A DNA stretch of 64,000 nucleotides from an uncultured Bacteroidales bacterium (GCA_903913285.1 CAIWKO010000022.1:5230-69229); one strand, 5' to 3'. Shown: positions 1 through 9,712, numbered from the stretch's first letter. The notes: generated by a model from the sequence alone, not told the origin. A program made the numbers and translations.

Positions 1-2
1 CC

Positions 3-179
3 ATGATCATGGTGCAAAACCACCGCTACGTCGGCTTTGGCTATCTAGATTCGTCGACACAGATCGATCAGCCCGAGGAACTTCGTTCATGCATTACCAA
101 TGCAGAGTATTATCCCGATTTTGAAGTTTTGCTGAAAAGCTGGATGAAAAATAAGAGTGTGAAGAAGATCGTGTGGTAA
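3..179 (+). CDS. 3' end of a CDS truncated by the window edge, product unknown
   Basis: Frame 3 is open from base 3 to TAA at 177-179 (..YVGFGYLDSSTQIDQPEELRSCITNAEYYPDFEVLLKSWMKNKSVKKIVW*). No family recognised from 58 aa. Confidence 0.35.
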   Translation: MIMVQNHRYVGFGYLDSSTQIDQPEELRSCITNAEYYPDFEVLLKSWMKNKSVKKIVW

Positions 180-236
180 AATTCTGGACCTAATCTCGTT
201 TTGGTTTTTCTTTTGCATAAATAAATTGATAAAAAA

Positions 237-487
237 GTGTTCCTTTACTTTTTGAATGTGTTCCTTCACTTTTTGAATGTGTTCCATTACTTTTCGCATG
301 TGTTCCTTCACTTTTCGCATGTGTTCATATTTTCATTCATCAGATTCCCAATAATATCATAGGGAACTAACAATTTGTCTGTGTGAACTCACTTTCTGCC
401 TGGGTTAACTCCCTTTTCGAAGGTGTTAAACCACTATTCGAAGGTGATAAACATCTACTTATGGAAGTGAAACTAAAATAGGTAGTT
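237..487. repeat. Degenerate tandem array with 21-bp period (core unit GTGTTCCTTCACTTTTTGAAT)
   Basis: Five contiguous 21-bp units at 237-341 (starts 237, 258, 279, 300, 321). After a 39-bp gap there are further related units starting GTGT/GTGA at 381, 423, 444 and 467. Lies between two convergent gene ends. Confidence 0.8.
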
Positions 488-545
488 GATTTATTAAATC
501 AAATTATGCGAGCCACACCATACCCGACTACGCCCAAAGAAGAAA

Positions 546-2447
546 TTACATAAACAATTCCGCCAGCTCCATCCATCGGTTGGTTTTGGTTTCCAGCAGG
601 CTTTCGATTTCGGCATAGCGGATGCCATAGTTGGCAAAATCGTCGGGTGTACCTTCTCCCCCGTTCATTTTGTCAAGCAACAGTTTCTTTTCGCTTTCCA
701 GTTGGCTGATCTCGATCTCCAGTGCTTCAAATTCGCGGCTTTCTTTATAGGTAGGTTTGCGAAGAGTTTCACTGTTGGTTGCGGGCTTCAATGCTTCTTT
801 CTTTGGCTTTTCGGCTTTCTTAAGTCGGGCCTCGGCTTTCTTTTTATACAGGGCATATTCGGTGTAGTTGCCTGGAAAATCCTTTATCTTGCCTTCGCCT
901 TCGAACACAAAAAGATGGTCGGTGAGGTTATCGAGAAAATAGCGGTCGTGGGAAATGATGAGCAGACAGCCTTTGAAATCGTTCAGAAAATCTTCCAGCG
1001 CATTCAGCGTCTGTATGTCCAGATCATTGGTAGGTTCATCGAGTATGAGGAAGTTGGGGTTTTTCATCAACACCATCAGCAACTGCAACCGGCGACGTTC
1101 TCCCCCGCTCAGCATCGACACATTATTGTATTGTACGGAATGCGAAAAACCAAAATGAGCCAGAAACTGTGCTGCAGACAGTTCGGCTTTACCCAAGCGT
1201 ACATATTCGGCTACATCCTTCACTGCATCCACCACACGTTTGTCTTCTTTGAGTTGCATGCTTTCCTGCGAAAAATAGCCCACAACGATGGTCTGCCCCA
1301 GAGAAATCTTGCCGCGGTCGTGACGCAAGGTTCCGTTTATCAGGTTGATGAAGGTGGTTTTGCCCACCCCGTTTTTGCCGCACACTCCTATGCGCTCGCC
1401 CCTTTTGAAGGTGTATGTAAAATCGTCAACAGCTACAAAATCGCCGAACGACTTCGACACATTGTTCATCTCCAGTATCTTTCCACCTATTCGGGTTTCG
1501 CTTACCTGCAGGTTCACATTGTCGTTGTCGGGACGGCGGCCTGCTTTTTCCTGCAACTCGTAGAAAGCATCGATGCGGGCCTTCGATTTGGTGGTGCGTG
1601 CCTGCGGCATACGACGCATCCAGTCGAGTTCTTTGCGATAGAGGTTTTGGGCACGTTCCAGTTCTATCTTTTCGTTGTCGAGGCGTTCCTGTTTCTTCTC
1701 CAGATAATAGGCATAATTGCCCTTATAGCGAAACATGTTGCCCGTTTCGAGTTCCATGATCTCGTTGCAAACATTATCGAGAAAATAACGGTCGTGCGAC
1801 ACAAGAATGATGCTCAGATTTTGCTTGGAAAGATGGTCTTCGAGCCATTCTATCATCTCAATGTCGAGATGGTTGGTGGGTTCGTCGAGTATCATCAGGT
1901 CGGTATCTTCTATAAGCACCTTGGCCAAAGCCAGACGTTTGCGCTGTCCGCCCGAGAGTTCCACCACAGGCTGGTTAATGTTGGTGATCTTCAGCCTTGA
2001 CAATACCTCCTTGATGCGACTTTCAAAATCCCACGCACTCAAACTATCCATTTTATGTATGGCCTGTTCGAGTTTTTTATTCAATTCAGGATGATCGGTT
2101 GTTGAGGTCAGGTTTTGTATGTGTATTTCGTCTAGTATGGCTTCGTAGTTCTTTATAGCCAGAATAAATTCATTATCGGAATTCAGTATGGCATCTATCA
2201 CGGAGAGATGATCGGCAAATAATGGATTTTGCGGCAGATACGACACTCGTATATCGTTGCGCATGGTGACGGTGCCGCTGTCGGGTATTTCGCTGCCCAT
2301 GATGATGTTGATCATGGTGGTCTTGCCGGTGCCGTTGCGGGCTATCAGTGCCACTTTCTGACCTTTGTCGATACCAAACGTAATATTCTCGAAAAGCAGC
2401 TTTTCGCCGTAGGTTTTAGAGAGGTTTTCGACAGTGAGGTAATTCAT
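546..2447 (-). CDS. ABC-F family ATPase (two ABC cassettes, no membrane domain)
   Basis: 633 aa. Two Walker A motifs (ARNGTGKTT, GKNGVGKTT), two signature motifs (LSGGQRKR, LSGGERRR), two Walker B motifs (ILDEPTN) and a charged C-terminal coiled-coil tail. Confidence 0.93.
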   Translation of the reverse strand: MNYLTVENLSKTYGEKLLFENITFGIDKGQKVALIARNGTGKTTMINIIMGSEIPDSGTVTMRNDIRVSYLPQNPLFADHLSVIDAILNSDNEFILAIKNYEAILDEIHIQNLTSTTDHPELNKKLEQAIHKMDSLSAWDFESRIKEVLSRLKITNINQPVVELSGGQRKRLALAKVLIEDTDLMILDEPTNHLDIEMIEWLEDHLSKQNLSIILVSHDRYFLDNVCNEIMELETGNMFRYKGNYAYYLEKKQERLDNEKIELERAQNLYRKELDWMRRMPQARTTKSKARIDAFYELQEKAGRRPDNDNVNLQVSETRIGGKILEMNNVSKSFGDFVAVDDFTYTFKRGERIGVCGKNGVGKTTFINLINGTLRHDRGKISLGQTIVVGYFSQESMQLKEDKRVVDAVKDVAEYVRLGKAELSAAQFLAHFGFSHSVQYNNVSMLSGGERRRLQLLMVLMKNPNFLILDEPTNDLDIQTLNALEDFLNDFKGCLLIISHDRYFLDNLTDHLFVFEGEGKIKDFPGNYTEYALYKKKAEARLKKAEKPKKEALKPATNSETLRKPTYKESREFEALEIEISQLESEKKLLLDKMNGGEGTPDDFANYGIRYAEIESLLETKTNRWMELAELFM

Positions 2448-2542
2448 TAAGATAACTGGTATTTGGTAGAAGGTAGCTGGTATTATTTCTGCAAAGCTAC
2501 GAAAATTAAGCGATGTTAATGCTTTAGAATAGACGTTGCGCT

Positions 2543-3013
2543 CTATCCCAGAATATCTTCTATCAACTCCTGTGTTTTCAGAATGGCTTCGGGATATTTT
2601 GCCTGTACTTCTGGAGTGAACTCTTCACTGAATGTGAGATCCTCTACAATTTCGACCGCAATGATGTGGATGCTCTCCGGAACTTCCATACTGAGAGCTT
2701 TTCCTATTTCCAATGCTTTCAGAAACGACACATCGTGTATGTTCGACAGGTTGGAAGTTTCTTTGAAATCGGCAGGTGTGAAATAATAAACCGTTCCGGG
2801 TATACCGCCTTCAGTCTTTATGGCATCAATAAGGATGACAGTCTTATAGCCTTTTATGTATTCCAGTATTTCGAGTCCACCCAAACAGACCGTATCGTAA
2901 AATATGTTGTCGTATTTCAAACGCTGCTGCATTTCGCGGCTTAGTTTTATGCCAATGCCATCATCCGTCAATATATCGTTACCAACGCCCAATATCAATA
3001 CTTCTTTTTTCAT
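2543..3013 (-). CDS. [NiFe] hydrogenase maturation endopeptidase (HycI/HoxW/FrhD family)
   Basis: 156 aa. N-terminal LILGVGNDILTDDGIGIKL motif typical of hydrogenase maturation proteases. Sits directly downstream of the hydrogenase large subunit. Confidence 0.88.
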   Translation of the reverse strand: MKKEVLILGVGNDILTDDGIGIKLSREMQQRLKYDNIFYDTVCLGGLEILEYIKGYKTVILIDAIKTEGGIPGTVYYFTPADFKETSNLSNIHDVSFLKALEIGKALSMEVPESIHIIAVEIVEDLTFSEEFTPEVQAKYPEAILKTQELIEDILG

Positions 3014-3109
3014 TTTTTAATTAGTCATTTGTTAACATTAGTGGTCATTAATTGTCATCAGGGTATTTTGGCAAATTTAGGAATGTTTGCGATAAAATTG
3101 TTCCTGTAT

Positions 3110-3153
3110 ACAAACAAAACGGTCGTACCGACTAAATTAGTCTGCACGACCGT
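3110..3153 (-). terminator. Candidate rho-independent terminator or attenuating hairpin after mvhA
   Basis: Long imperfect hairpin (acggtcgt..gacta-aat-tagtc..acgaccgt, 3119-3153), followed on the minus strand by a T-rich run (complement of acaaacaaa, 3110-3118). Confidence 0.5.
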
Positions 3154-3174
3154 TGATAATTTATTCAAAAGTGC

Positions 3175-4638
3175 TTAATCCCTTCTTAAGGTTTGGATGA
3201 TTTCGCTATCCGGTTTGCGGATGTTGACAATCATCGGCATTTTGCCCGGGAGGCTGTGAGTAGCACATGAGAAACACGGGTCGTAGGCACGGAATGCCAT
3301 TTCAACCATGTTCAATATGCCGTCATCAACCTTCACACCTTTTTTGATCACGCCCTGAGCTGCCTTTTTGATAGACATGCTGATGGGTGCGTGATTGTTT
3401 GTCGTTCCCACGATGAGGTTGGCTTTAGTAACCAGGCCTCTTTCGTCGGTCTGATAATGATGTGTCAGTGTGCCTCTTTGTGCTTCAACGATACCCACAC
3501 CTTCTTTTGGTGTCTGATACATTTTGTTGCGCAGATCGGTTCCGGTTATTTCTTTATCCAGAGCCAGTTCGAGGCAATGTTCAGCAGCATAGATGAGTTC
3601 GATCAAACGAGCCCAGTGCATTGCCAGAGTTGCATTAACAGGTTTACCACCCAAAGTAGCATACATTCTTTCATATTCTTCCTGAGCCACCGGAGTAGCC
3701 ATACCGTCAGAAGCATTCAAACGCGACAACGGAGTTGCATGATATACACCTGAATCCTGACCTTCAACAAATCCTTTCCAACCTACTTTTTTCAGGTATG
3801 GGAATTTTAGGTATGACCATGGTTCAACGCGTTCGGCAATGTTGTCGAGATATTCGTTCGGCATGTAGGTGAGCAGCTCTTTGCCAAAAGTATCTACAAC
3901 ACGTACTCTGCCGTCATAGAAATTTACTTTGTTGTTGGCATCGACCAAACCCATAGAATGTATGTTCAGGTTGTAGGGACCGTTGACAATGATATCCACA
4001 TAATCTTTGTTAGCCAACACAACATCATTGAATATCTTCATCGAAAATTTTGCAAATTCCACGAAGCCTTTTGCTTTTTCGACGATATCGAGGCGTTCTT
4101 CTTCTTTGATGCCTTTTCTGACGCCACCGGGAACATTCATTACCACGTGGGTTTGATGTCCACCGATCAAAGCTTGTATTTCCTGAGCAATGCGGCGTTG
4201 CTTTAATACTTCCGTACCAATTTCAACACCAACTTTAGCTATAACGCCAAGCACATTGCGTTCGGCTTTTGGGGCTGTAGGACCTACGACAAAGTCGGGA
4301 GCACCCAAAGCATAGAAGTGAGCGATGTGGCTGTGAACAAAGTGAGCCATATAGAATAATTCGCGGATCATCTTAGCGGTTTTTGTAGGTTCAACCCCAA
4401 AAACTGCATCAACGGCCTTGCCGGCAGCCATGTGATGGCAACCCGGACACACACCGCATATTTTGGTAACGATCTGCGGTACTTCTTCTACTGCTCTGCC
4501 TTCGCAGAATTTTTCGAAACCACGAAGCTCGGGAACCTGAAAATATACATTTTCTACTTCGCCGTCGTCGTTGGTAAATATTTCAATTTTTCCGTGCCCT
4601 TCCAAGCGGGTTACGGGATCGATAGTGTATCTTGTCAT
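3175..4638 (-). CDS. mvhA: [NiFe] hydrogenase large subunit, MvhA-like (group 3c-type by context)
   Basis: 487 aa. N-terminal RLEGHGK and CGVCPGCHH Ni-binding motifs. C-terminal DPCFSCATH followed by a cleavable extension. Preceded by mvhG and mvhD. Confidence 0.92.
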   Translation of the reverse strand: MTRYTIDPVTRLEGHGKIEIFTNDDGEVENVYFQVPELRGFEKFCEGRAVEEVPQIVTKICGVCPGCHHMAAGKAVDAVFGVEPTKTAKMIRELFYMAHFVHSHIAHFYALGAPDFVVGPTAPKAERNVLGVIAKVGVEIGTEVLKQRRIAQEIQALIGGHQTHVVMNVPGGVRKGIKEEERLDIVEKAKGFVEFAKFSMKIFNDVVLANKDYVDIIVNGPYNLNIHSMGLVDANNKVNFYDGRVRVVDTFGKELLTYMPNEYLDNIAERVEPWSYLKFPYLKKVGWKGFVEGQDSGVYHATPLSRLNASDGMATPVAQEEYERMYATLGGKPVNATLAMHWARLIELIYAAEHCLELALDKEITGTDLRNKMYQTPKEGVGIVEAQRGTLTHHYQTDERGLVTKANLIVGTTNNHAPISMSIKKAAQGVIKKGVKVDDGILNMVEMAFRAYDPCFSCATHSLPGKMPMIVNIRKPDSEIIQTLRRD

Positions 4639-5612
4639 TGAATTTTCCTCCTAATTTTTGAAGCCGGTAAACTAAAACGATAAAATGTTCCTGCTGCATC
4701 TTCTATTGAATCAATAGCTTTGATGATATCATTTTCGTCTTCGGCATTTAAAGCTGTTGCAATTGTAGACATAATTTTTGCACCCATATCGGTAACACCC
4801 GGCACCGGTCCATAACAACCGCGGCAGGGTGCATTTCCCTTAACACAGCGTACACCGCATCCGCCGACCGTAGCCGAACCCATGCAGATAACACCCTGAT
4901 CGATGAAACAAGAAACGCCGTCGTCTTCAATCTCCCATGGTCTGTAGAAACGGTCGACGGAACGGTTATCTGACTTTATCCTGGTGCATTCTTCGCATTG
5001 TGCACGCTCGGAAACTCCAATGACAGAACCCTTGGGAGGTAACTGAGCACCACTGACGATAGCCAGAAATACTTCCACGAGCCTTTCGGTTTGAGGAGGA
5101 CATCCGGGCAGATAGTAATCGACATCAACGATCTGATCGAGCATACAAACATCTTCGTAGAAATTCGGAATTTCGAGAGTTCCTTCCGGAACTTTGTATT
5201 CATGCTGAGGACGAACTTTATCCGGATTAACTGTTGAAGGTGATTCGTCATATACTCTGCTCAATAATTCTTCTTTTGTAGAAAAATTAGCCAGACCGGG
5301 TATGCCACCCATGTGTGCACAAGAACCGTAAGCTACCAGTATTTTAGATTTCGCTCTTAATACGTGAGCCATATGTTCGTTTTCGCTGTTGCGAACGGCA
5401 CCATTAAACAAAGTGAGGTCGATGGATTTATCTTCCATGGCTTCAACATCTGCATATTTGGTATCGAGTGCAATGGGCCAGAAAACGAGATCGGCATGTT
5501 GAATAACGGTTAACAGGGTTTCGTGAACATCGAGAACAGAAACACAGCATCCACCGCAGGCAGCGCCCCAATAGACAGCCATTTTCAGTTTTGGTTTATT
5601 TTCGTTTGCCAT
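4635..5612 (-). CDS. mvhG: [NiFe] hydrogenase small subunit, MvhG-like
   Basis: 325 aa. Cys clusters typical of small-subunit FeS ligands (ACGGCC.., GCPP, CxxC sets). 4-nt overlap with the large-subunit gene. Confidence 0.88.
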   Translation of the reverse strand: MANENKPKLKMAVYWGAACGGCCVSVLDVHETLLTVIQHADLVFWPIALDTKYADVEAMEDKSIDLTLFNGAVRNSENEHMAHVLRAKSKILVAYGSCAHMGGIPGLANFSTKEELLSRVYDESPSTVNPDKVRPQHEYKVPEGTLEIPNFYEDVCMLDQIVDVDYYLPGCPPQTERLVEVFLAIVSGAQLPPKGSVIGVSERAQCEECTRIKSDNRSVDRFYRPWEIEDDGVSCFIDQGVICMGSATVGGCGVRCVKGNAPCRGCYGPVPGVTDMGAKIMSTIATALNAEDENDIIKAIDSIEDAAGTFYRFSLPASKIRRKIQ

Positions 5613-5625
5613 TTTTTTGTCCTCC

Positions 5626-6093
5626 CTATTTTTCTATGTTAGCAACTTGTTGTTTGATCTTGCTTTGTCCCAGCTTAGTGATCGTTTCGGTCATTTCGCC
5701 AATAACTTCAGCAAGACGTTTTCCTTCGCTGGCACTGATCCATTCCAAACGGAGACGTTCCGGTTCGATATTCATTTGTTTCATGTATTTCTGAATCAAA
5801 TGAAAACGACGCAGACATTTGTAATTCCCGGTTGCATAATGGCAATCGCCGGGATGACATCCACCGATGAGAATAGCATCTGCACCTTCGCTGAACGCAG
5901 TTAAAATAAACTGAGGATCTAAACGTCCGGAGCACATGATCCTGACCACACGCGTGGTAGCAGGATATTTCAAACGTGATACACCTGCCAGATCTGAAGC
6001 TGTATAGGTACACCAATTGCAAAATATTGCCAGGATCTTAGGTTTCCAGGCTTTTGCCGTTTGTATATTATTGTTTTTTACTTCTTCTTGCAT
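5626..6093 (-). CDS. mvhD: Methyl-viologen-reducing hydrogenase delta subunit-like protein (MvhD)
   Basis: 155 aa. Segment ILAIFCNWCTYTASDLAG..RIMCSGRLDP..GADAILIGGCHPGDCHY is the hallmark MvhD/FlpD fold sequence. Confidence 0.9.
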   Translation of the reverse strand: MQEEVKNNNIQTAKAWKPKILAIFCNWCTYTASDLAGVSRLKYPATTRVVRIMCSGRLDPQFILTAFSEGADAILIGGCHPGDCHYATGNYKCLRRFHLIQKYMKQMNIEPERLRLEWISASEGKRLAEVIGEMTETITKLGQSKIKQQVANIEK

Positions 6094-6110
6094 ATAATAT
6101 CCTTGTTTTA

Positions 6111-8099
6111 TTATTCAACAAAAATTCCTTTAATTTCACTAAATATTTCGACATCTTCAAACAGGTTCTGTTTGATAGCACTCGAAGGACAAGCAGCCAC
6201 ACATGTACCGCAGCCTTTACATAATGCCACATTAATAGAAGATTTGTTCTTCTCGAGGTCAAATGTAATGGCTTTGTATGGACAGATGTTCAGGCATGAT
6301 TTACAACCCGAACAAATTTCATCGACTATGTAGGCCGTATTTGGTTCGAGTTCCACATGACCGCTGTCGATAAGGACTAATGCCTCTGCTGCAGCGGCTC
6401 CTGCCTGTGCAACACTATCAGGAATATCGCGGGGACCCTGACAAGCTCCGGCAATAAAGACACCATCGGTAAAAGTATTAACCGGTGCTAATTTCGGGTG
6501 ACGTTCGAGGAAGAAACCTTCTGTTGAACATGAAATGTTGAACATCTTTCTAATTTCCTGAGCATCATCGCGAGGTTCCATACCAACTGCCAAAACGACC
6601 ATGTCAACAGGGATACGGCGTACCATACCTATCATGGTATCTTCTGCACGGATGATCAGTTTACCTTCTTCTTCGGGAGAGGTGATCCAATCTGTTACTT
6701 CGGATACTCTGCCACGGATGAAATGAACATCTTCGTGGAGCAATTTGTCGTAGAATTCTTCATAACCCTTACCTGGTGTTCTCATGTCGATATAGAAATT
6801 GTATACATCGGCACCGGTATGTTCTTTAATTAGGTGAGCAAGTTTGAGTGAATACATACAGCATACACGTGAGCACCATTTGTGTGTTTTTTCATCTCTG
6901 GAGCCAACACAATGAATGATACCTACACTTTTCGGAGCCTTTCCTTCACGGGTAAGTACATGACCTTCTGTTGGACCGGAAGCATTGACCATACGTTCAA
7001 CTTCGAGGGAAGTGAATACGTTAGGATATTTACCATAGCCGTAATAAGGAACTTTCTTAGCATCAAATGCCTGGAAGCCAGTCGTGAGAAGAACCGTACC
7101 AACTTCTATTTCTTTAATTTCAGGTTTTTGGTCAAAATCTATTGCATTCCTATCGCAGGCAGTTTTACACGTCTGAGTACATTTACCTGTTTTGAAATGA
7201 ATACAGGTTTTATCGTCGATAACTGCTACCAGAGGAGTTGCTTGAGGGAACGGTACATAAACCGGTTTCCGTTTGCTCAGACCCTGATTGAACTCATCTG
7301 GAAATTTCCCTTCTTTGAAGATACATTTTTCGACACAAAGCATACAACCGACACAAAGGTCTTCTATAACATAACGCGGTTTGCGAGTAACCTGAACTTT
7401 ATAATTGCCTACAAAACCTTCTACATTAGAAACTTCAGAATACGTCCATAAAGTGATATTCGGATGATTTTTTACTGAAGACATTTTAGGTGTTAAAATA
7501 CAAGCGGCGCAGTCGAGTGTAGGGAAAGTTTTATCGAAAATAGCCATGTGTCCACCAATGGTAGATTCTTTTTCAACAAGATAAACTTTTTTTCCTGCAT
7601 TGGCCATTGTTAATGCAGCACTGATACCTGCGATACCACCACCTACAATCAATACATTAGGATTGACCGGTACTTTTTGTTTTTCCAAAGCGCGTTGGAA
7701 AGCAACACGCTGAACGGCTGCACGAACCAAATCTTTGGATTTTTCAGTAGCATCGTCGAAATTTTCGTTTACCCAACTAACATTTTCACGGATGTTCACC
7801 ATTTGCATAAAATACTGGTTCAATCCGGCTTTTGTAGTCGCTTCACGGAACGTCTTTTCGTGGAGCAAAGGTGAACATGATGTAACGACTATTCTGTTTA
7901 AGTTATATTCTTTTATATCAGCTGCAATCAATTCTTGTCCCGGGTCGGAACACATATATTTATAATCTTTACTGATCACAACATTGGGGAGTTTTGCAGC
8001 ATATTCAGCCACACCAACCACATCAACTGCACCGGCAATATTATGCCCGCAATGACAGATATAAACTCCAATTCTGATTTCTTCTTTATTATTGCTCAT
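6111..8099 (-). CDS. hdrA: Heterodisulfide reductase subunit A-like flavoprotein (HdrA)
   Basis: 662 aa. N-terminal CHCGHNI Cys motif, FAD-binding GGGIAGISAA, internal ferredoxin-like CVGCMLCVEKC, C-terminal 2x[4Fe-4S] (CSGCKSCLNICP, CKGCGTCVAACP). Confidence 0.92.
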   Translation of the reverse strand: MSNNKEEIRIGVYICHCGHNIAGAVDVVGVAEYAAKLPNVVISKDYKYMCSDPGQELIAADIKEYNLNRIVVTSCSPLLHEKTFREATTKAGLNQYFMQMVNIRENVSWVNENFDDATEKSKDLVRAAVQRVAFQRALEKQKVPVNPNVLIVGGGIAGISAALTMANAGKKVYLVEKESTIGGHMAIFDKTFPTLDCAACILTPKMSSVKNHPNITLWTYSEVSNVEGFVGNYKVQVTRKPRYVIEDLCVGCMLCVEKCIFKEGKFPDEFNQGLSKRKPVYVPFPQATPLVAVIDDKTCIHFKTGKCTQTCKTACDRNAIDFDQKPEIKEIEVGTVLLTTGFQAFDAKKVPYYGYGKYPNVFTSLEVERMVNASGPTEGHVLTREGKAPKSVGIIHCVGSRDEKTHKWCSRVCCMYSLKLAHLIKEHTGADVYNFYIDMRTPGKGYEEFYDKLLHEDVHFIRGRVSEVTDWITSPEEEGKLIIRAEDTMIGMVRRIPVDMVVLAVGMEPRDDAQEIRKMFNISCSTEGFFLERHPKLAPVNTFTDGVFIAGACQGPRDIPDSVAQAGAAAAEALVLIDSGHVELEPNTAYIVDEICSGCKSCLNICPYKAITFDLEKNKSSINVALCKGCGTCVAACPSSAIKQNLFEDVEIFSEIKGIFVE

Positions 8100-8116
8100 C
8101 TAGCTTTCCTCCTTTT

Positions 8117-8980
8117 TTATAAATATTGAGGTTGAACAAACATTCTTTGCAAGCCAAGCTCTTTTTTATCGAGACCAAGAGCCATTCCAATCAACTGCGG
8201 GAAAAATACAACCGGGATATTGACACTTTCGCCGTATTTACGGGAAATTTTATCCTGAAAGCATTCGAGATTGAACTGGCATAATGGGCAAGCAGTGATG
8301 ATGATGTCGGCTTTTTTTCTTTTTGCTTCTTTCAGCAACAAATAATTGAGTCTTAAACCTACATCAGATACCGTGCTGGTCATACTTCCACCACAACAGC
8401 GTACTTTCATGCCCCAATCGACAGCAGTAGCGCCTAAGGTCATCGCAATCTGATCCATATAAACCGGATCGCTTGCATCATCGAAAGCTGTTATCGGGCG
8501 AACAACCTGACAACCATAATAAGAAACCACATTCAAGTCTTTCAATGGCTTTTTCACAGCCATCTTTAATTTATCGAGACCGAAATCGTTCACCAAAATA
8601 TCGAGTGGATGGCGAACTTTCACGCGTCCTTCGTATTTCATTCCAATTGAATCGAGTTTTTGCAAAACAGAATCGCGAAGACCTTGTTCGTTTTCGAGAT
8701 AAGTTTTTGTTTTAAGTAAACCCATATAACATGCATTACATGGTGCAACCAGATTAATTTCTCCTGAGCCACCCTGTTCTTCAGCCAATGCCAAATTACG
8801 TGAAGTAACGGACATAGCGCTTTGTTCATTGATAGCCATATAGTTTGTAGCACCGCAACAGTTCCAGTCATTAAGTTCCTGCAACTCGATGCCCAAATGT
8901 TTAAATACAGCGAGCATAGATTCTTCGTAAGATTTGCCGCTGGATTTTAACGAACAACCGGGATAATATAAATATTTCAT
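8117..8980 (-). CDS. hdrB: Heterodisulfide reductase subunit B-like protein (two CCG domains)
   Basis: 287 aa. Two CCG-type motifs (NCCGA..; RCCGG..CPLCQ). Confidence 0.88.
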   Translation of the reverse strand: MKYLYYPGCSLKSSGKSYEESMLAVFKHLGIELQELNDWNCCGATNYMAINEQSAMSVTSRNLALAEEQGGSGEINLVAPCNACYMGLLKTKTYLENEQGLRDSVLQKLDSIGMKYEGRVKVRHPLDILVNDFGLDKLKMAVKKPLKDLNVVSYYGCQVVRPITAFDDASDPVYMDQIAMTLGATAVDWGMKVRCCGGSMTSTVSDVGLRLNYLLLKEAKRKKADIIITACPLCQFNLECFQDKISRKYGESVNIPVVFFPQLIGMALGLDKKELGLQRMFVQPQYL

Positions 8981-8992
8981 CTTTTTTCCTCC

Positions 8993-9580
8993 TTAGTTTT
9001 CAGAATCCTTAAGCATTTTTTTAAAATCCTGCTTACGTTTCATTTGTTTTTCAATAATTGCCAAACGTCCTGTTTTAAGTAATTTTAACCCAACGCCCAC
9101 ATAGGACAGAGCACTAAAGATATTGGTACGCATATAATAGCGCATCAACAAAGCTACTTCGTTGCTTCTGCCAGTGCTCTTTACCGTATCGTAGAATGCC
9201 TTAGACATTGCAGGGATGGTAAAACGTTTCGGGTAAATTTTGTTTTGAATTGCCTCGCGTTTCAGGGCATACATTACATCTGTGATTTTAATTCCTTTCG
9301 GACATTCTACAGTGCAAGAATAACAGGAAGCACATAGCCAAATAGTTTTATTGGTTAATACTTCCTCCCTGAATCCGGCTTTTACCATAGCGATGATTTT
9401 TCGCGGAGTGTAATCCATATAAGGGCTTAAAGGGCAGGTTGAACTGCAATTGCCACATTGGATACATCCGTAAATCTGTTCGCCATGAGCCAATTTTGCT
9501 ATAGTTTTAGCAAAATTCTTATCCAGTTCTGCTTCACGCTTAATATTCAGAACCGGCATGTTGCTAATTGTTGAACTCAT
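8993..9580 (-). CDS. hdrC: Heterodisulfide reductase subunit C-like 4Fe-4S dicluster protein
   Basis: 195 aa. Two CxxCxxCxxxCP-type motifs (CIQCGNCSSTCP, CASCYSCTVECP). First gene of the hdr-mvh run. Confidence 0.85.
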   Translation of the reverse strand: MSSTISNMPVLNIKREAELDKNFAKTIAKLAHGEQIYGCIQCGNCSSTCPLSPYMDYTPRKIIAMVKAGFREEVLTNKTIWLCASCYSCTVECPKGIKITDVMYALKREAIQNKIYPKRFTIPAMSKAFYDTVKSTGRSNEVALLMRYYMRTNIFSALSYVGVGLKLLKTGRLAIIEKQMKRKQDFKKMLKDSEN

Positions 9581-9667
9581 TTTTTCAGTATTTAATAATT
9601 TTTAGTAAAAGTTGTTGTTGTTTTTCAATGTGTAAAACTATATCTATTTTTTCAAATTATACCATAA

Positions 9668-9712
9668 TTAAAAAAAAAACCAATAATTTAAAATGATTTT
9701 AATTTATTGGTT
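9668..9712 (-). terminator. Rho-independent terminator between the nuo unit and the hdr-mvh unit
   Basis: 8-bp stem accaataa/ttattggt (9679-9711), followed on the minus strand by about 10 T (complement of the A-run 9670-9679). Lies in a 198-bp AT-rich spacer. Confidence 0.6.

Noticed and set aside
87-320. ORFs with striking periodic peptides running through the repeat arrays: MRKVKEH heptads at 87..320 (-), ..LISGH.. heptads at 30513..30716 (+), KYLKCL hexads at 40452..40643 (+).
   Set aside because: Any stop-free 18- or 21-bp tandem unit gives an open frame with 6- or 7-aa periodicity. There is no independent coding evidence, and the flanking sequence is AT-rich non-coding. They are treated as by-products of the DNA repeats.
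702-2000. 432-aa plus-strand ORF antisense to the ABC-F gene. Other long antisense ORFs of the same kind: 36360..36893, 38139..38837, 39339..40394, 48659..49645, 51569..52348, 52928..53713, 54745..55299.
   Set aside because: Each lies entirely inside an opposite-strand gene that shows clear family motifs. Their translations are low-complexity (rich in V/G/F/H/R/Q runs) with no recognisable motifs, which is typical of shadow ORFs.
3175-8099. Possible selenocysteine (in-frame TGA) in the hydrogenase large subunit or HdrA, as in some Hdr/Mvh systems.
   Set aside because: Both ORFs are uninterrupted and carry Cys at the expected motif positions (DPCFSCATH; the HdrA Cys motifs). No in-frame TGA needs to be invoked.
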